Source of the DNA: Azolla caroliniana
Taxonomy: Eukaryota; Plantae; Polypodiophyta
Direction of reading: 5' to 3'
Assembly: GCA_043228905.1 (NCBI GenBank)
Contig: JBHGNT010000014.1
Span: forward strand, 20,026,001 to 20,090,000
DNA length: 64,000 nt
In this document: piece after piece, positions 1 through 19,073 of the stretch
Numbering within the stretch: the first letter of the stretch is position 1
Layout: every line of letters begins with the position of its first letter
The notes under the pieces: model-generated
The model's input: only the letters and a program-made list of their open reading frames with translations
Told to the model about the DNA's origin: nothing
Database searches by the model: none
Position numbers and translations under genes: made by a program

Positions 1-699
1 TTTTGCCTTATGTTTTGTCAAATTTGCCTTAATTTTTTTGTCAAATTTGTCTTATGTTTTGTTAAGGTACTGGTTACATAATCTCTTAGAAGTTGAGATG
101 ATCAGAAGATCTGAAAGAAGAGAGCTCTGGCTCACCAATAGAGTCTCAACAATGTCTCATATTGATGCCATTCTCTGTAAATGCCCCACATTGTTACCGA
201 TATCTTCTGATGATACAACCTAAACCCTAAACCCTAAACTTTGCCTGCTTAGTTCTTTGATTCCCATTTCTGTAACAAGATACATCCTTCCCTCCAAAAT
301 TGACCATACTTTTCATATCTCTTGTTCATAGTCAGATTAATCTGTTGGGCCATGTTTGCCCTGTCTTGATTCCTGCTCGTTTAATCCATCACATGCATCA
401 CAATGATTGTCTGACATCCATCCATCCATCCCTTGAAGAAATACACCAAATTGGCTTTCTATTAACTAATTGGGGAAGAATATCAGATTCCCACAGGAAT
501 AGGAGCAGTTCATAGCTGAACTGCAAAATGGTTGCTATTTAGTTTTCATGAGTTGCCTCTACACACTTATCCATGCCTACCTTTAAAGAGCTATTCTGAG
601 AAATTCTTGACAAATACATTTGGAGCTCTTAATGGTGCTTATATTCTCTGCTCTATGCCTTACATTGTCTTTCTTGGGAAGAGAACATCTCTATGTTGT

Positions 700-1245
700 C
701 TGAATTCAGCAGATTAGTTTCTAATAAGCAATTAAGATCAGGCAAATGGTAAATCTATCAAGGAAATTAGCCCTAACCCATTTTTTGGTTGAAAGTTAAC
801 TTGGAGGAGTGCTTAGCTAAGGCAATTAATTGCCCATGGAAATTGCATAACCATCACTTAATTTCTTGTTTGAATTCCACCAACCATTTCTGGCTAAACT
901 TAAGGGGTGCCTAACTTAGGCAATTAAGTATAAATGGAAGTGAATTAACCATTTCATTAATTTTTCTGCCTCAATTTGACCAACCCATGTTATTCTGAAT
1001 CCTATAACATTTCATTTGTAGGCATCCCCTAAAAACTTAGAGACTTTTGAGAGAAAATCTTTGTGAGGTGCTAAGTGTTTGTGTGTAAACACTTTGTATA
1101 TTTTCTCCCTTTAGTGAAATGATTTGAAACAGGAACTAGAGGTGTAGGCACAATTGGCCGAACTCTCTATTATCAAAGTTGTGTGTATTTTATTTTGCAC
1201 TATTAATTATTGCTCTCACTAATCTGGTTTATAAGGAAATTTGTC
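700..1245 (+). mobile_element. Possible old LTR remnant
   Basis: TATA-like GTATAAAT at 928 followed by GA-rich and TGTAGGC..GCCGAAC..TGTGT motifs typical of LTR R/U5; no partner LTR or TSD identified. Confidence 0.3.
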
Positions 1246-3622
1246 GTACTTTCTTCGAACATAATTAACGCGTTTATTAAAGCGATTAATCACATCGGGC
1301 GATTATTCGACAAGTGGGAAAATTAGAAATAATAACAAAGTAAAATGTAAGCACCATATACGGTTTCACTAATTGTAACTTAATTATCGTAAATAACAAT
1401 GAAAACAACAATATACAGAAAAGTAAAAGCAAAGTTAAGGTTGGTGGGTGATTCTTCCTCACTTATAATGTGTGATAAAGCTACTTCTCACTAGGGTGTT
1501 CTCCTTGAGAACTATCTTGCGGTCAAATGTCCACAAATGTACCACTGTCTACCCTTTTGTTGGCGAGATGGACGAGATAGAGTGTCGATCAATCACTCTT
1601 GACCTACTAATAATGTATAAGATAACTACTAGAGTAAAAGATAATCCTACTTTACGATCTATTTCCCTTCACATGGTTAAATAGTTACTTCACTTATGAG
1701 AGATTTTACCATGGCCCAAATACTAGAGAAATATCCAACACGGTTAACCTTCCATTAGTCTACAATTTAAGCCCCTAGGCTGAGTGCAACGAGGAAGAAC
1801 CTCTACAACATGCTTATCATTTCACCTTTATAGTTCTTCCTTATTCATTGTTATTATAAATTTGTCACTTTCATATTTGGGACTACGGAGAGAGTAAAAA
1901 GGTTTATAGATATTACATTTATACCAATTATAATCTCAGGTTTTCTCTTTCTATGCTTCCTCAATAAAGGTAATATCTGTAAAGGTTTACAATATTACCT
2001 ATACTACCTTTATAACCCCCCCATTCCCATTTTTCTCTCTGGCAAAAGCACACACTTGTTATGATTTCTTAATCTCCTTTATCTATTATCTATGTCATAG
2101 TACGTAATATACTCAAATGCATCGGCAAACATTCTTTTTCTTACGAATGCGTATGTTATCAAATTGTTCTTATGTTCTTTTATACACTTCTTACCTTAAA
2201 AAAATTACCTTATAATAAATAATGAACACGAAAGTATAGTATTTACCATGCTTTGAGGGAGTTTACCATCCTCAAATGATTGAAACAACCTCGAATGCGA
2301 ATGAACGTATGGTACGTATGGTTCAAACTATGATCTACGTAACATGTGTAGGGATAGGAACGTGCCATAAAGCCCCCCTTCCCTTTTCATAATCAACAAA
2401 TATGAAAGAGAGAGAAAGAGAGCTTTTTTTGCTTTATTTAATTGTACGTATAAATAATATAATTAGTGTTGGGCTTCAACAAATACATATATAATTAAAA
2501 ATGTACCACAAAGCAATATCCGTCTTCTAACAGAAAATTCACTCTTATTGATACAAGCTATAACCCATCCTTTTTTCCGTCATCCCAACCATTGCCTCCA
2601 TCATATTCTTATCGATGTGACAATTGAGGAGACTAATCGACTATGCTGACAACTCAAGTTCAAGAGTAACAGTATCACACTTTAGTACAACGTGCTACAT
2701 TCAATCACATTCGAGTAAGACTGTCAAATTGGTCCACTCCCTACACACAATCCACCCACAATCACAATGTTCACATTGCATTACAAAAACATATAGTAAA
2801 AATTTTGAACATCGAGTGTCACCACTCAATCCTATATATACTATATACAAATGTTTTACTTTTGGTCCCAAAGATCATATTTGACCTTCGAGCACAATAA
2901 TAATTTTGATCTATCTATACTCTTCTTCAACAATTTGCGCAAACACACACAAAAACGCGGATTGATTTCGTCCTAGTTTCCTACAGTTGTAACTGGTTCA
3001 AATATTTATTTGAAGAAGAAGAAGAAGAATTTTCTCTTCTCATGCGGTCGTCCCACTTGTTATATTCCCGTGGTGCGCGTCATATTTCAGTATAGCTTTA
3101 TATTTTTGTTATATGTTTTCTCAACTAAGGAAGTTCCGAAATACAAGAGCATGAAAATGAAGGGCGCACTTATGTCGTGATTTAGTATAAAGTAAAGGGC
3201 ATAACAGACACGTATGTATGTGGGTCATATATATTGCCTGTCTGGTCCGAGCTTCGAATAAGTGTTAAAATCTATGCAATGATATTATATGCATATGTAT
3301 GAATGTGTATACATATACACATACATACATATATGTAAGTTTTGTAATTCTTGAAATTAGGGGGAGGGGACACAAATATAAATATGCTCAAAATAAGGGG
3401 ACATACATATACACACATAAATTCAATTGGGTTGACTACCTCACCAGTTGAGCTAAAAGCCTAAGACTTGTTCTTCTCCCTATCTTGACTTTTGGTTCTA
3501 GACCTTCCCCCCTCCCCTGTTTCTCTGTGATCCTAAAGAAACAGAAGAAGCAGCAGCAGCAGCAGAAGAAGGACGAGGAGGAGGATCAGAAACAACAACT
3601 CTAGTACCTGTCTGTCTTCACC

Positions 3623-8359
<4,737 letters not shown>

Positions 8360-9952
8360 CAATGGCCAACAAAGGACTGCTTCCCCAGTGCATATAGGTA
8401 TACATATTGTTGTGTTTGCTAAGGTTGGCATTCTTGGTAAGTTTGTAACTAGACTATGTCCATGGCATGCTTGGTAGCTTTACTGGTCAGTTAACATGGT
8501 TGACAACTAGATTAGCTACAAAATGCGCTTGATAACTGGACTAGTTACATTGCATACTTGGTAACTAGGCCAGTTGCATATTAAAGCATCTGGTGGAAGT
8601 TCACAGGTTGCCCACTATGCCAGAATCAGTGTAAAATTTGCTGTCGATTAGTTCAGTTGGCTCGTAACCAATGTCAAGGTTTGCTAGAAGTACACTTTTG
8701 CTTAATTCAATCCTTTGGTCCAGCCCCTTTTATGTTTATGACTAGCCATGTATCAAGGTTAGGAGTCCATAAAAAAGAAAAAATGTGTGGCAGAGCAAAT
8801 CTTTGTTATCATTATATGTTCGTCCATCAATTTGCCATCAGCCAAAGCATTTGAAGTCACTTCTACTGATTGATGTCTCACGCCACGTGTATGTGGGAAG
8901 ATGCTCTTCAGCTGTAAATGTATAAAAAAACATTATTCCCTTTTGTTTTACATTCTTTGGAGCTAAATAATGTAAATGAAAATGGAAGCTTTTGAACTTC
9001 ATATAAGCTTGTGGAAACAAATCAAGGTTTGTTCTAGCTAGAATGATATGAATATGTTTCGTTGGTTTACGTAAGGTGAAATGTGTTAAAGGTGTGTGTG
9101 TATAGTGAGTGTAGAAAAAGAGAAACAGGGATGAATGGATGCATTTCAATCGAGGCTCTCTTTTACAAATGTTTTGTCTGTGCAGATCTTCTCCATATTT
9201 TTGCTAGCACAATCTCTTGTCTAAAACGACTTTGGAATATAGAAGCTCGAACTAAATTTTCGAGAAACATTGAACATTATCATTTCGATGTGTAGAGGGC
9301 TCATCAGTGAATGCATTAGTGAGCATTAGTCATTAGAGAGTTTCCTTGTGTTGTATGGATGAATATTAGCTCAGACAGTGTATAGATAATAGCCAAAGCC
9401 ATGTCAATAATATAACATCAACCCAAACAAGAAACATGCTGGAAGATCAAGGTTTCATCCACAGAAGAAATTTATATGCATAATCATCATGTTTTGCTAA
9501 CAGATTCTACCGTTATCTTCATAATCATTCAAATAGTAGGGATGTTTGTAAAAGGAGGTGGTAAATATGTGCTCTAATTGTTACCACAATTTGTAAGGGA
9601 GATACTAGACCATGAGAGTACACTTCGGTCGACTACAATGGCACACAGATGCACAAGACTACTTCTTGCTAAGGAGGGAGATTGTGAACCAAGAGGGTCC
9701 ACTCGGATTGGCTACAATAGGAACATAACATGCAAGACTACTCTCTAATGAGGGGGAGAGTATGGTAATGCTAATTAATTTTGAGAAAGCCTTTAGAATC
9801 ATTGTCGATTACTCATAACGTCCAGTTAATTACTTAGACACATGATTACACTTAATTAATTTAATTAAATCTCAATTAGTATTTTAATGGAAATCAAAAC
9901 ACAATATAGTGGCAACAAGTTTAATTATATATATATATATATTCTCTCTCTC

Positions 9953-11948
9953 AAATGACATGATCTGGGCCATTTATGCCCTATATGAGCAAGTCTCTAG
10001 GTGCGTAAGATGCCCAGGTGGCCTATCCGATTGTTTCACTAGCACCATTGGTGTAAAACAGGGTTGCCCCCTATCATTGACTCTTTTTGGGATCTACATT
10101 GATGAGATCACTGATTTTATTGCTCGTAAGGGAGGCAAGGGAATAGCTATTGGGGATATGCAAGCTAGTCTCTTACTCTAAGCAGACGACATTGTCTTGC
10201 TCTCGAAGTCGGAACACGACCTACAAAAGCATCTTAATGCCCTAGATGACTTTTGTACACAACAAGGACTGGTAGTGAATCTAGCGAAAACTAAAGTCCT
10301 TATCTTTCATACATCGTCCCGAGTTAGGAGTAAATGTCACCTAATCCTCTCTCATAAACTAGTTGAGGTCGTGGGATCATATGTATACTTGGGAGTCACT
10401 TTTAGTGCTCGCTCAAGTAAATTCTCGATGGCCCACACAACCAAAGATAGGCTAACGAGAGGGTACGCATCCCTCTCACTCTTAGAGAGACAATGCCACC
10501 AGGCATACTTTCAAGAGCCACGGACTAAGGGATGGCTCTTCGACTCATTACTGACCCCTTCCCTCATGTATGCATCAGTTGTATGGGCTCCAGGGCTACC
10601 TTCTTTCATGTGGACGCAATTAGAGAGACCTTTGGTGACGATGTTATCACGTCAACTCCGAAGCAAATCAACAGTACCACCTGACATTATTAGAGCAGAG
10701 TTCAGTCTACCCCCGATGTTAGTAGAAGCACTCTTTCAAGTGGTAGTTTTATTCATCGGATACATAGTCAACCACAAGATAGGATATCCCGTCGAGCCTT
10801 TGAGGCATCCTGATCCCTACATGCGTCTAGAGACACTAGCTCTTGGTATAGCATTGTGGTGAGTTGGTTACTTGCAAACGGCATAGACATTAATAACCTA
10901 CCTCCCCTTAAGTACAACCATGGGACTGATCAAACTCTAATATCTCATGAAGACTATAATAAAGTGATACGCCAAGAAATATGGCAAATTTACACTCGAT
11001 ATAAATGGATCACCCCACGAGAGCCACTCCTATCCAAAATGTTGTACTATAAGGAACACTTCTTGCACTTCTCTAAGTTAGGTTTTATTACACGACCAAG
11101 ATATCTAGATACATTCTTGTCAAATGCACTAAGGGTGGCCATTGGACAACTTAGGATATCATCTCACCAACTTGAGATTGAGAATGGTCAGGCTAATAGA
11201 GTCCCTAGAGAGGAAAGGCTATGTAGGTTATGCCACATAGAGATAGAGGATGAGTATCACTTCACATGCAAGTGCCCAACTTATGCTGAGATACGGGCGG
11301 AATACCAAGACCTATTAGGACCCTCTCCAAACTATTAGATACCCTGAGTGTAAAGAGACTAGGTAGTTGTATCTTAGAACTAAAACAATATAGGGAGAAT
11401 AAATTACAAAGTGTTAACCATAACCGATTTACTATTCATCAACATGTAACTAGTGTAATTTTTCAGGAACAAGGGGAGACGATGAATGTGGATACACCTA
11501 CGCCGCTCGGCCTCTCCCTTGAGGAAGCAGAAATGCAAAGAACAACCAAACACCCTCTAATGTTGGGCTTCAAAACAAGTCAACGTGGAGTAGAAAAGAT
11601 TAAGAAGATAAGGGAACGTGAACTACGTCGACTAGAAGCTATGGTTGGGGTATCTTTTACATTGGGACCACGGGCCACATCCACATCACAACCCTTTGAC
11701 CTCCCGTTTCTCTTCGAGAGACTTGGATGGAAATGAAATTAGGCCTAGTTTAACATCATTTTCATTGTAGAACATGTTTTTATATAGGAAAGGCATGTTA
11801 TTTTCTTAGAACTATTTAGCTTAAACTCTATTTTTATCTTATTTTTACTTTCAGTGAATGGGTAAATATCCCATTTTTTTGTAAACCATTTGTCTCATGG
11901 GCCAATTTTGGCCTTAGAAGACATTAATATATCTTTCTTTCTTTCTTT
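9953..11948 (+). mobile_element. 5'-truncated, decayed non-LTR retrotransposon (RTEX-like LINE ORF2: RT + C-terminal CCHC finger)
   Basis: GVKQGCPLS..LF, LL*ADD (YADD Tyr mutated to TAA at 10179-10181), YVYLGV, LRISSHQLEIENG..PREERLCRLC..EDEYHF..CPTY; frameshifts; 3' tail of (TCTT)n; flanked by (TC)n on both sides. Confidence 0.85.
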
Positions 11949-12959
11949 GTCTCTCTCTCTCTAAGATTACATTATTGTTTATAGAGCCAAGTAATGAGGA
12001 AGGGACTCTATGCCATGGTCCACCATCACCTCACTCATACCATTTCTTCCAACTTAACACTAAGTGGCTCGTAATCTTTAAAATAGACCCGAGAACACTT
12101 AATCTTCATAAATGTGTTTCAGCATTGTCACTAAATCATTCCCTAGGTCCAAATCTCCATGTTCCAAAACCCTGGTGGTTTTGGCTTGACACACTCACCC
12201 ATGTTATTGCAATTCCCAATAGGTTATGGTCATCAAGAACTAATAATCCATGACCAAAAAACTTGAGTTAATAAACACAAATTGAGTTAAAAAGCGTGTA
12301 TTGAATCCAAAAGACATTGATAACATGTCGAGTCAATAAGAACATATGATATTCATGCACATCAAACATGCGAATTGAAAACAATCCTCCATTACAAATT
12401 ACAATGTAGGTGATAGTGAAACCAATCCAATCCATACAAGAGAAAAATTCAAAATTCAGATCCAAAATTTTTTTATTTAACTTGAGCCCCAATGCATAGG
12501 AAGCAGCCAAAAACGTAACAATTATGCTTTACACAACGGAAGCAGCCAAAATGCCATATTTGTAAACAATCCGTTATGTACAAATTTCTTGACAGATTTT
12601 CACTTTATTTTGAGTCTCTTTATAATTACATGCAAATCAATAGTTCTTTTGTTACATTTTACTTCATTTTAAATTCCCATATTTAACAAGCATACAAGGA
12701 ACTTATCCTCAAATAATGGGTTTATCAACAACAATCTTGCAGAGCCATTGGTTCCTGAAGTCTTCATATGTATACACAATCTTACTTGTCCTGCCCCCTC
12801 AATCAAGGTTTGGTTCTTGTAAATTGTCCTTCCACCCTCAGTTAACATTTGGTTCTCTAAAGTCAGTATGTATACAACAAATTGCAACTTGTCCTTCCCC
12901 CTTCAATTAACATTTGACGTCAGAAAATGAATGGTGTTGCATATGCACACGTTGCCTTA

Positions 12960-15900
12960 CTACTTAGGTTCTAAAGGTCTAGACATTCCAATATAGCTAC
13001 CACTATATTCAAACGATGTGCGATTATTCTTTTGTCTCATGTAAGGTGACTGTTCCCCATATAGATTGGAATTACCCCCAGCCACTTCTATGTGTATTGA
13101 TCCTTTAGTAGTCTCGGCATGTACGAGGGCCTCAAGTTCCTTGACCACCTCAGACATTGTGAGTCGCTCATCCGGTTGATCTTGTACACAATTTAAAGCA
13201 ATCTCCACAAGTCTCTTTGCAGCCTTAACTGGATAATCCCTGAGGTTAGGATCCACGATGTCTTTAATTGCACGGTCAATCTCACCGCCTTCAAGTGCAG
13301 TCCTAACCTCTCGGACTATATATTTGCCCCCCTGAATGGGTAATCTGCCAGTAACTACTTCAAGTAACACTACACCAAAACTGTACACATCACTCTTGTC
13401 GGTGAACCGCTTGGTCATATAGTAATGTGGATCTAAGTAACCCTGCATCAACACAGAATATAATCTAAAGTTGGAATTCATATACCAAATGAAAAAGGAA
13501 ATAATTACATGTATAGACATATAAATGCCAATAGACGTCCATATAAAAGGAAATACATACATGTAATACAGAATTGTACATACGTACATTCACAAGGAAA
13601 TACATACATACATGTGAGGGCATCTGTACATTCACAAGGAAATATATACATGCAATACACAAATATACATACGTAAACAAGAAAATATATACATGCTAAA
13701 TCAAACAAAAGGGAGGAAATATATACATGCAATACACTATTGTACATACATAAACAAGGTCAGAAATAGATTCGTGTGAGGAATATGTAACAAGGAAGAA
13801 AATGCATGCAGCACACATAAAACAAACAGATATTGTGTATGTGACTTTTAACATTGTATAGTCCAAGAGAATCAGGGAGAAGAAACAGTACATACCAGTG
13901 TCCCTTTTACTTGCATGGACACATGCTCAAGCTTGTCCCCATCAAGTACAAACTTTGATAACCCAAAATCAGCAACTCTCGCCATCAACTTGTCATCGAG
14001 AAGTATGTTGCTCGACTTGATGTCCCTGTGGATAATAGGTGGATTAGCTTCGTTGTGTAGGTAAGCAATACCCCTTGCAGAACCAAGGGCAAGTGTCATT
14101 CGTCGATCCCAGTCCATGCTAAGGCCAGTTTGGCCAACTAGGCATTCTCTTAATGTCCCGTTTGGCATATACTCATACACAAGTATTTGCTCCCCTTCTT
14201 CAAAGCAAAACCCGATCAACCCAACTAGATTCCGATGATGAACTCTAGAAAGAAGCTCTATTTCATTGGTGAACTCAGCTGCACCTTGCAATGAACCAGT
14301 ACTTGCTCTCTTAATTGCCACTGCTTCACCCGAAGAGAGGAAACCCTTATATACCTGATGCCGAAAAAGAAACATCAGCGCTTTCAAATCTACACTGCAG
14401 CATGTAAGTAGCTGTGTGAACAAGTATAGATGAAATTTGTACCTTCCCATATCCTCCTTCGCCAATCTCATTACTTTGACTAAAAGCATTTGTGCACTTT
14501 GATATTTCTTCCAAAGAAAACCACCTAGCACCCTTCAACTGGGGGATAGCTGGATTCTCATCTCCAATCCACGCCGCTGTATGGGATTTAAAAATAATAA
14601 TTATTCACAAATAAGTCCTCCATCTAATCTTCTATTTGTTAATAGTTATCAACATGAGGAGTTTGCTGATATCATTTGTCACAGAAATTGTGCTAAAATA
14701 TGTGACATAAAAAGGTAGAAAAAATTGGGAGTTTGCTCACCAAAGGGCTTGTTCAATTTCTCTGCCTTCAAAGCTCTATTTCTTAGTTTAAAGACAAAAA
14801 TCCCTAGAACCACAATAATAATCATCATAAAAGCCACTCCAACTCCGATACCGATTTTGGCACCAGTGCTCAATGGATTCCCCACATTGGCTGCATTGAA
14901 TCATCAGAAAACTAAGACAAGCATGTGGAATAAAGATAAGAGCAGGAACAGAAAAGAAATCAAAGCTCCAGTACATTATGGCTATGAAGATAAATAAATG
15001 TTATATTTGGTGAAGCTATATATGTATATGTATTCTATGCCTATCTCATATGTGAAACAGTTAAGTTTAAGAAAAATGCTTACATGATGATGTATATGGT
15101 TTCCCTTTGCTCCCACAAGATAATGGACCAATTTGTGGGAACTCTACATCGTGATTTTGGAGTACATATGATAAGATGGCTGCATCAGTTGGAGACCAAA
15201 CTGATGTGCTATTTGGTGGGAAAACAGAGAGCTCCATTTGATTAGTGGAGATGATATTTATCACTGCTTGGGTATCTTCTAACTGTAAGCTTGCCATATA
15301 TCGACTCTCTCTCAACTCAGTTATGAACCACTCCTCGAGATCAGTGATCTTGAAATCAGTTAAGATTGGAACTTTTGTTGCATAAAAGGTACACGTGACT
15401 ATCACTGGATGTGCACATTCACATCCAGAAGATGCTCGTGGGTTGACTGCATAGTCCGTAGAACACTCTTTTGTACATTCAGGAGGAGGAGTTGAAGAGG
15501 GTGCACTAGATTGTGTGATTGAACAATCAGAATTTGCATTGGCACAATAAGGGTTTCCATCCAATCTGTCAACAAAAAGATTGGAAGAGGGTGTATATCA
15601 AGATATGATTACACTATCAAGTGAACTTTTGCAGGATTTCTAAAAGTAATAACAGTCCTGCAAAATCATAATACTTACAGTAGCTCTTGTGCATAACTTC
15701 CTTTGATAACATCAGTGATATTGTTCCATGTGACATTCACAAAGTTTAGGGATGTGTTCGCTGATGTGAGGTCTAAAGTGCCATTTAATTTATTTGATGC
15801 AAATGACCTATAACAATTAGAAAAGAACAAATAGATGTCAGTCTTTCTTTCGGTACCACCGTCACATGAAAGAAGTCTTTGTAAGTATGACTTACACATT

Positions 15901-18512
15901 GGATAGATATGGACTGAATCCAAATACGTCAGAAGGCATGGTGCTGATTAAGTTGCTTGAGTCCATCGATCTGTAAACCACAAAGCAGTAGCTATGTCAG
16001 CATTCATATCCAAAGGATCTATATTCAATCTGATACAATATAAATTAGATGAAACGATGCTTAACAATAAGTAGAGATTTTTCAGCTTTGTTATCCAACT
16101 TGGAATCTCAGTGGCATCAAACGGGTTGCTCCCTACAATCCTGAAAACAACCAAACATGCATTGGATGATACATGAAATGAATTGATTCCTTGAATTGGA
16201 CCTCCATGGTAAGACAATAAAATCAATTCTTACAGCATCTGTAGGTTTGTGTTATTGGAAAGGTCAGGCAGCTCACCACTTAGGTTGTTCATGTTTAACT
16301 GCCTGTGATTACAGAACATAATAATTTTAAGGTTTAGAACTCGAAAAAAACAATCTATCTTTACTGACATCTCAGTGTCATTACTTTTTAGTACTTACAG
16401 TGTTGTGAGATTTTTTATAGCATTGATACTAGATGGAATTGTACCATTCAAAAAATTAGATTCCAAGCATCTGCAGTCAGATTTAGCAAAATTCAGCAAC
16501 AGTGTGCATTTTAGTATTAACAATAATGTTGAGAGATTTAATATTGGCATACATGATCTCTACATGAGGTAGATCCCCGATGGTTGAAGGAATGTTTCCA
16601 GTGAGGTTGTTACTATTTAACAATCTGGCCCAACATTGTTCATGTTATTTTCATGATTTGGAAAACGATAAATCTCTCAATAAGCATAATGACCATGGAT
16701 ATATGGATAGTAGAGGATCACTTACAAGTGTAGTAATTTCATATCCTTATTGAACATCGAGGATGGAATGCTCCCTGTAAAGGAATTGTTTTGCAAATGG
16801 CTAGTAGCATACAATGATAAAAAAATATAAAAGTGAGACAATGAATCCTTTGTATGCAAGTATATAATAACTCTCATTTCTTGAGTTGTAATAATGACTT
16901 ACAAGTGTTCGGCATTTGTGAGGTTATCTAGACCACTTCCAGATTCACTAGTAGCTGATACAGGTAGAGATCCTGTGAGGCTGTTTCCAGATACATCAAG
17001 CCATTTCAAATTGTGAAGGTATCCAATGGTATCTGGCAATGGTCCTGTAAAGCGGTTCTGAGATAAACCCCTGAATTGAAATAGCATTTCATATGAAAAA
17101 AGGGAATGTCACGAATGATATTTCAGGTATTCTAGACTATACTCACAGATATTGCAAAGATGTAATGTTTCCAATCTCTTTTGGAATCGTCCCCGTGAAG
17201 TTACAAAACAGTATATAACTGATAGGATAATAGTATAGTAATGTGTTAGATACCCATCATATTGATCCCTACTCATTTTGATTTGTTGCCAATACTTACA
17301 ATCTGGTTAGTTCAGTTAGATTTCCTATCTCAACAGGTAGATTGCCTCCCAATTTTGGATTGGATGAAAGGTCCCTGAGTGCAACCAAGCGTGTCTTAGA
17401 AAAGAGAACATGAACAGAAAAGCATGGAATTTATCTATTGCATTTTGATGTCATATTATACATATACAAGTATGTATATGTATATGCATATTTAAACATA
17501 CACATAGGTGTAAAGGAGGTCTACACCATCAATGGAGTATTGGACTCACAAAGACATGTTTTTCCTTATGCATATATATACATATACCTGTAAAAAAGGC
17601 TTACACAAACAATGAAGGATTGGACTCACAAAGGCATGTTTTTTCTTTCAATTTGCCTCAATTCTATTATGCCCATGTAACACAAGAAAGATATGGAATA
17701 ACTCACAGATCGGTAAGGGATGTCAAGTTGGCAATTGCAGGAGATAATGTTCCAGCTAAATCCTGGTTGCTAATGAGACTAGAAAAACAAATCAGACGAA
17801 CACAATGATAAATAAGGCATTCAAACAAATCCTTTGTTCAAAATTCGTGGAAACAAAGTAACTAAAGAAAAAGCTACGGAAAGCAGAACAAATAGATGCC
17901 CTAAGCTTACATGCCATAGACTCTCGTAACACCAGTCGTATTTGTGCACAAAATACCAGTCCATGCTTCATCGCATGGATCCGTTTTCACATCCCAAATA
18001 GATGGTTTGTCCAACCAAGCCGACCGCAAGGCTAGAAGAGCATCCACTGCAAGAGAAGAAACGTCCTTTTTAGGATTTGCAGATCCTATTTCGGAACATC
18101 AATGCAGAGCAAAGCCCTGAACCTTAACTCTTTTACTAAAACCTAAGCCCCTGATCCTAACATTAGAAATAATCCGAATCCTAACAATAATAACATTATC
18201 CCTAACATTAACACTGATCCTAACCCTAACCCTATCCTTATAAAATCCAGACTAATACTAGCACTAACACCAGACTTGTATGCATCTGTAGAAACAGATT
18301 CGATGCTCTTGTTTGGCCATTGTTTCAGCACGATTGCGATAAAACAAGACACTAAAACACAAAAGAGAAGGTTTACCATCTGGTTGATGGGTAGCAGAAT
18401 TGGCGATGGTAAAGACTGATAGACCGAGGAGGAGGAGGAGGAGAGGAAGGTGAGTTGTTTCCTGGATCCTTGAAAGATGATACCGTGTGCATGTTTGGAC
18501 ATGCTGATGCAT
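12960..18512 (-). CDS. Leucine-rich repeat receptor-like kinase, subfamily LRR-VIII-1 (HPCA1/CARD1-like), 18 coding exons, 977 aa
   Basis: Exons with GT-AG borders and consistent phase: 18377-18512, 17911-18046, 17707-17778, 17300-17374, 17147-17218, 16903-17070, 16726-16800, 16553-16624, 16399-16470, 16234-16302, 16066-16140, 15896-15970, 15679-15807, 15084-15565, 14741-14890, 14443-14576, 13896-14354, 12960-13442 (2934 nt). Signal peptide, LRRNT (W..DPC..WTGILC), 69-75 nt LRR exons, Cys cluster GNPYC..C..CTKEC..CEC, TM ([22 protein letters not shown]), [10 protein letters not shown] juxtamembrane, kinase [39 protein letters not shown]-terminal LEPK. Confidence 0.95.
13545..13750. repeat. 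Degenerate tandem repeat (CAAGGAAATAYATACATG core) in last RLK intron
   Basis: About five imperfect copies of a 30-45 bp unit. Confidence 0.7.
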
Positions 18513-18560
18513 CTGTAAAAGAGACAGAGACACGCAAAGAGAGACAGAGAGGAGAAGGGG

Positions 18561-18832
18561 TCTTCTTCTTCTTCTTCTTCTTCTTCTTCTTCTTCTTCTT
18601 CTTCTTCTAGGAAAAGAAAATCAGAGCAAATAGCAGAGTAATTGTTCAAGAGTTCTTCTTCTTCTTATTCTTCTTATTCTTCTTCTGCTTCTAGGAAAAG
18701 AAAAACAGAGCAAATAGCAGAGTGATTCTTTCAAGAGTTTCTTCTTCTTCTTCTTCTTCTTCTTCTTCTTCTTCTTTATTCTTCTATGGAAAGAAAAACA
18801 GAGCAAATATAAAATGAGTAAATTTTCAAGAG
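18561..18832. repeat. Three imperfect ~100-bp units of (CTT)n + CTAGGAAAAGAAAAxCAGAGCAAATA..TTCAAGAGTT immediately upstream of the RLK ATG
   Basis: Direct inspection; trinucleotide tracts at ~18561-18608, 18652-18690, 18739-18785 each followed by the same ~45-bp unique segment. Confidence 0.85.
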
Positions 18833-19073
18833 TTTTTGAACTAGTCCAATAAAGACTTTTCCAAGTGAAGCCTCCACAAAATTTAAATGGATGGAATGAC
18901 TCATGTGTGGACATGTATTCATTATTTGTATACATACATATATGTATGTACACCTCAACTCCATTCAATCTCTACACCCTCCCTGACATGCTCTTCTCGA
19001 TGGGCTATGATTCTTCTTGCACGCGCATCTTAGCCTGAGGAAAAAGATGTCGCATTCTGCCAACATTCCATCT

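Noticed and set aside
218-240. (CCCTAAA)x3 telomere-like repeat
   Set aside because: Too short; common telobox-like motif, no evidence of a telomere or healed break.
18143-18968. Poly-E / poly-K ORFs upstream of the RLK
   Set aside because: Translations of (GAA)n tracts and intron 1.
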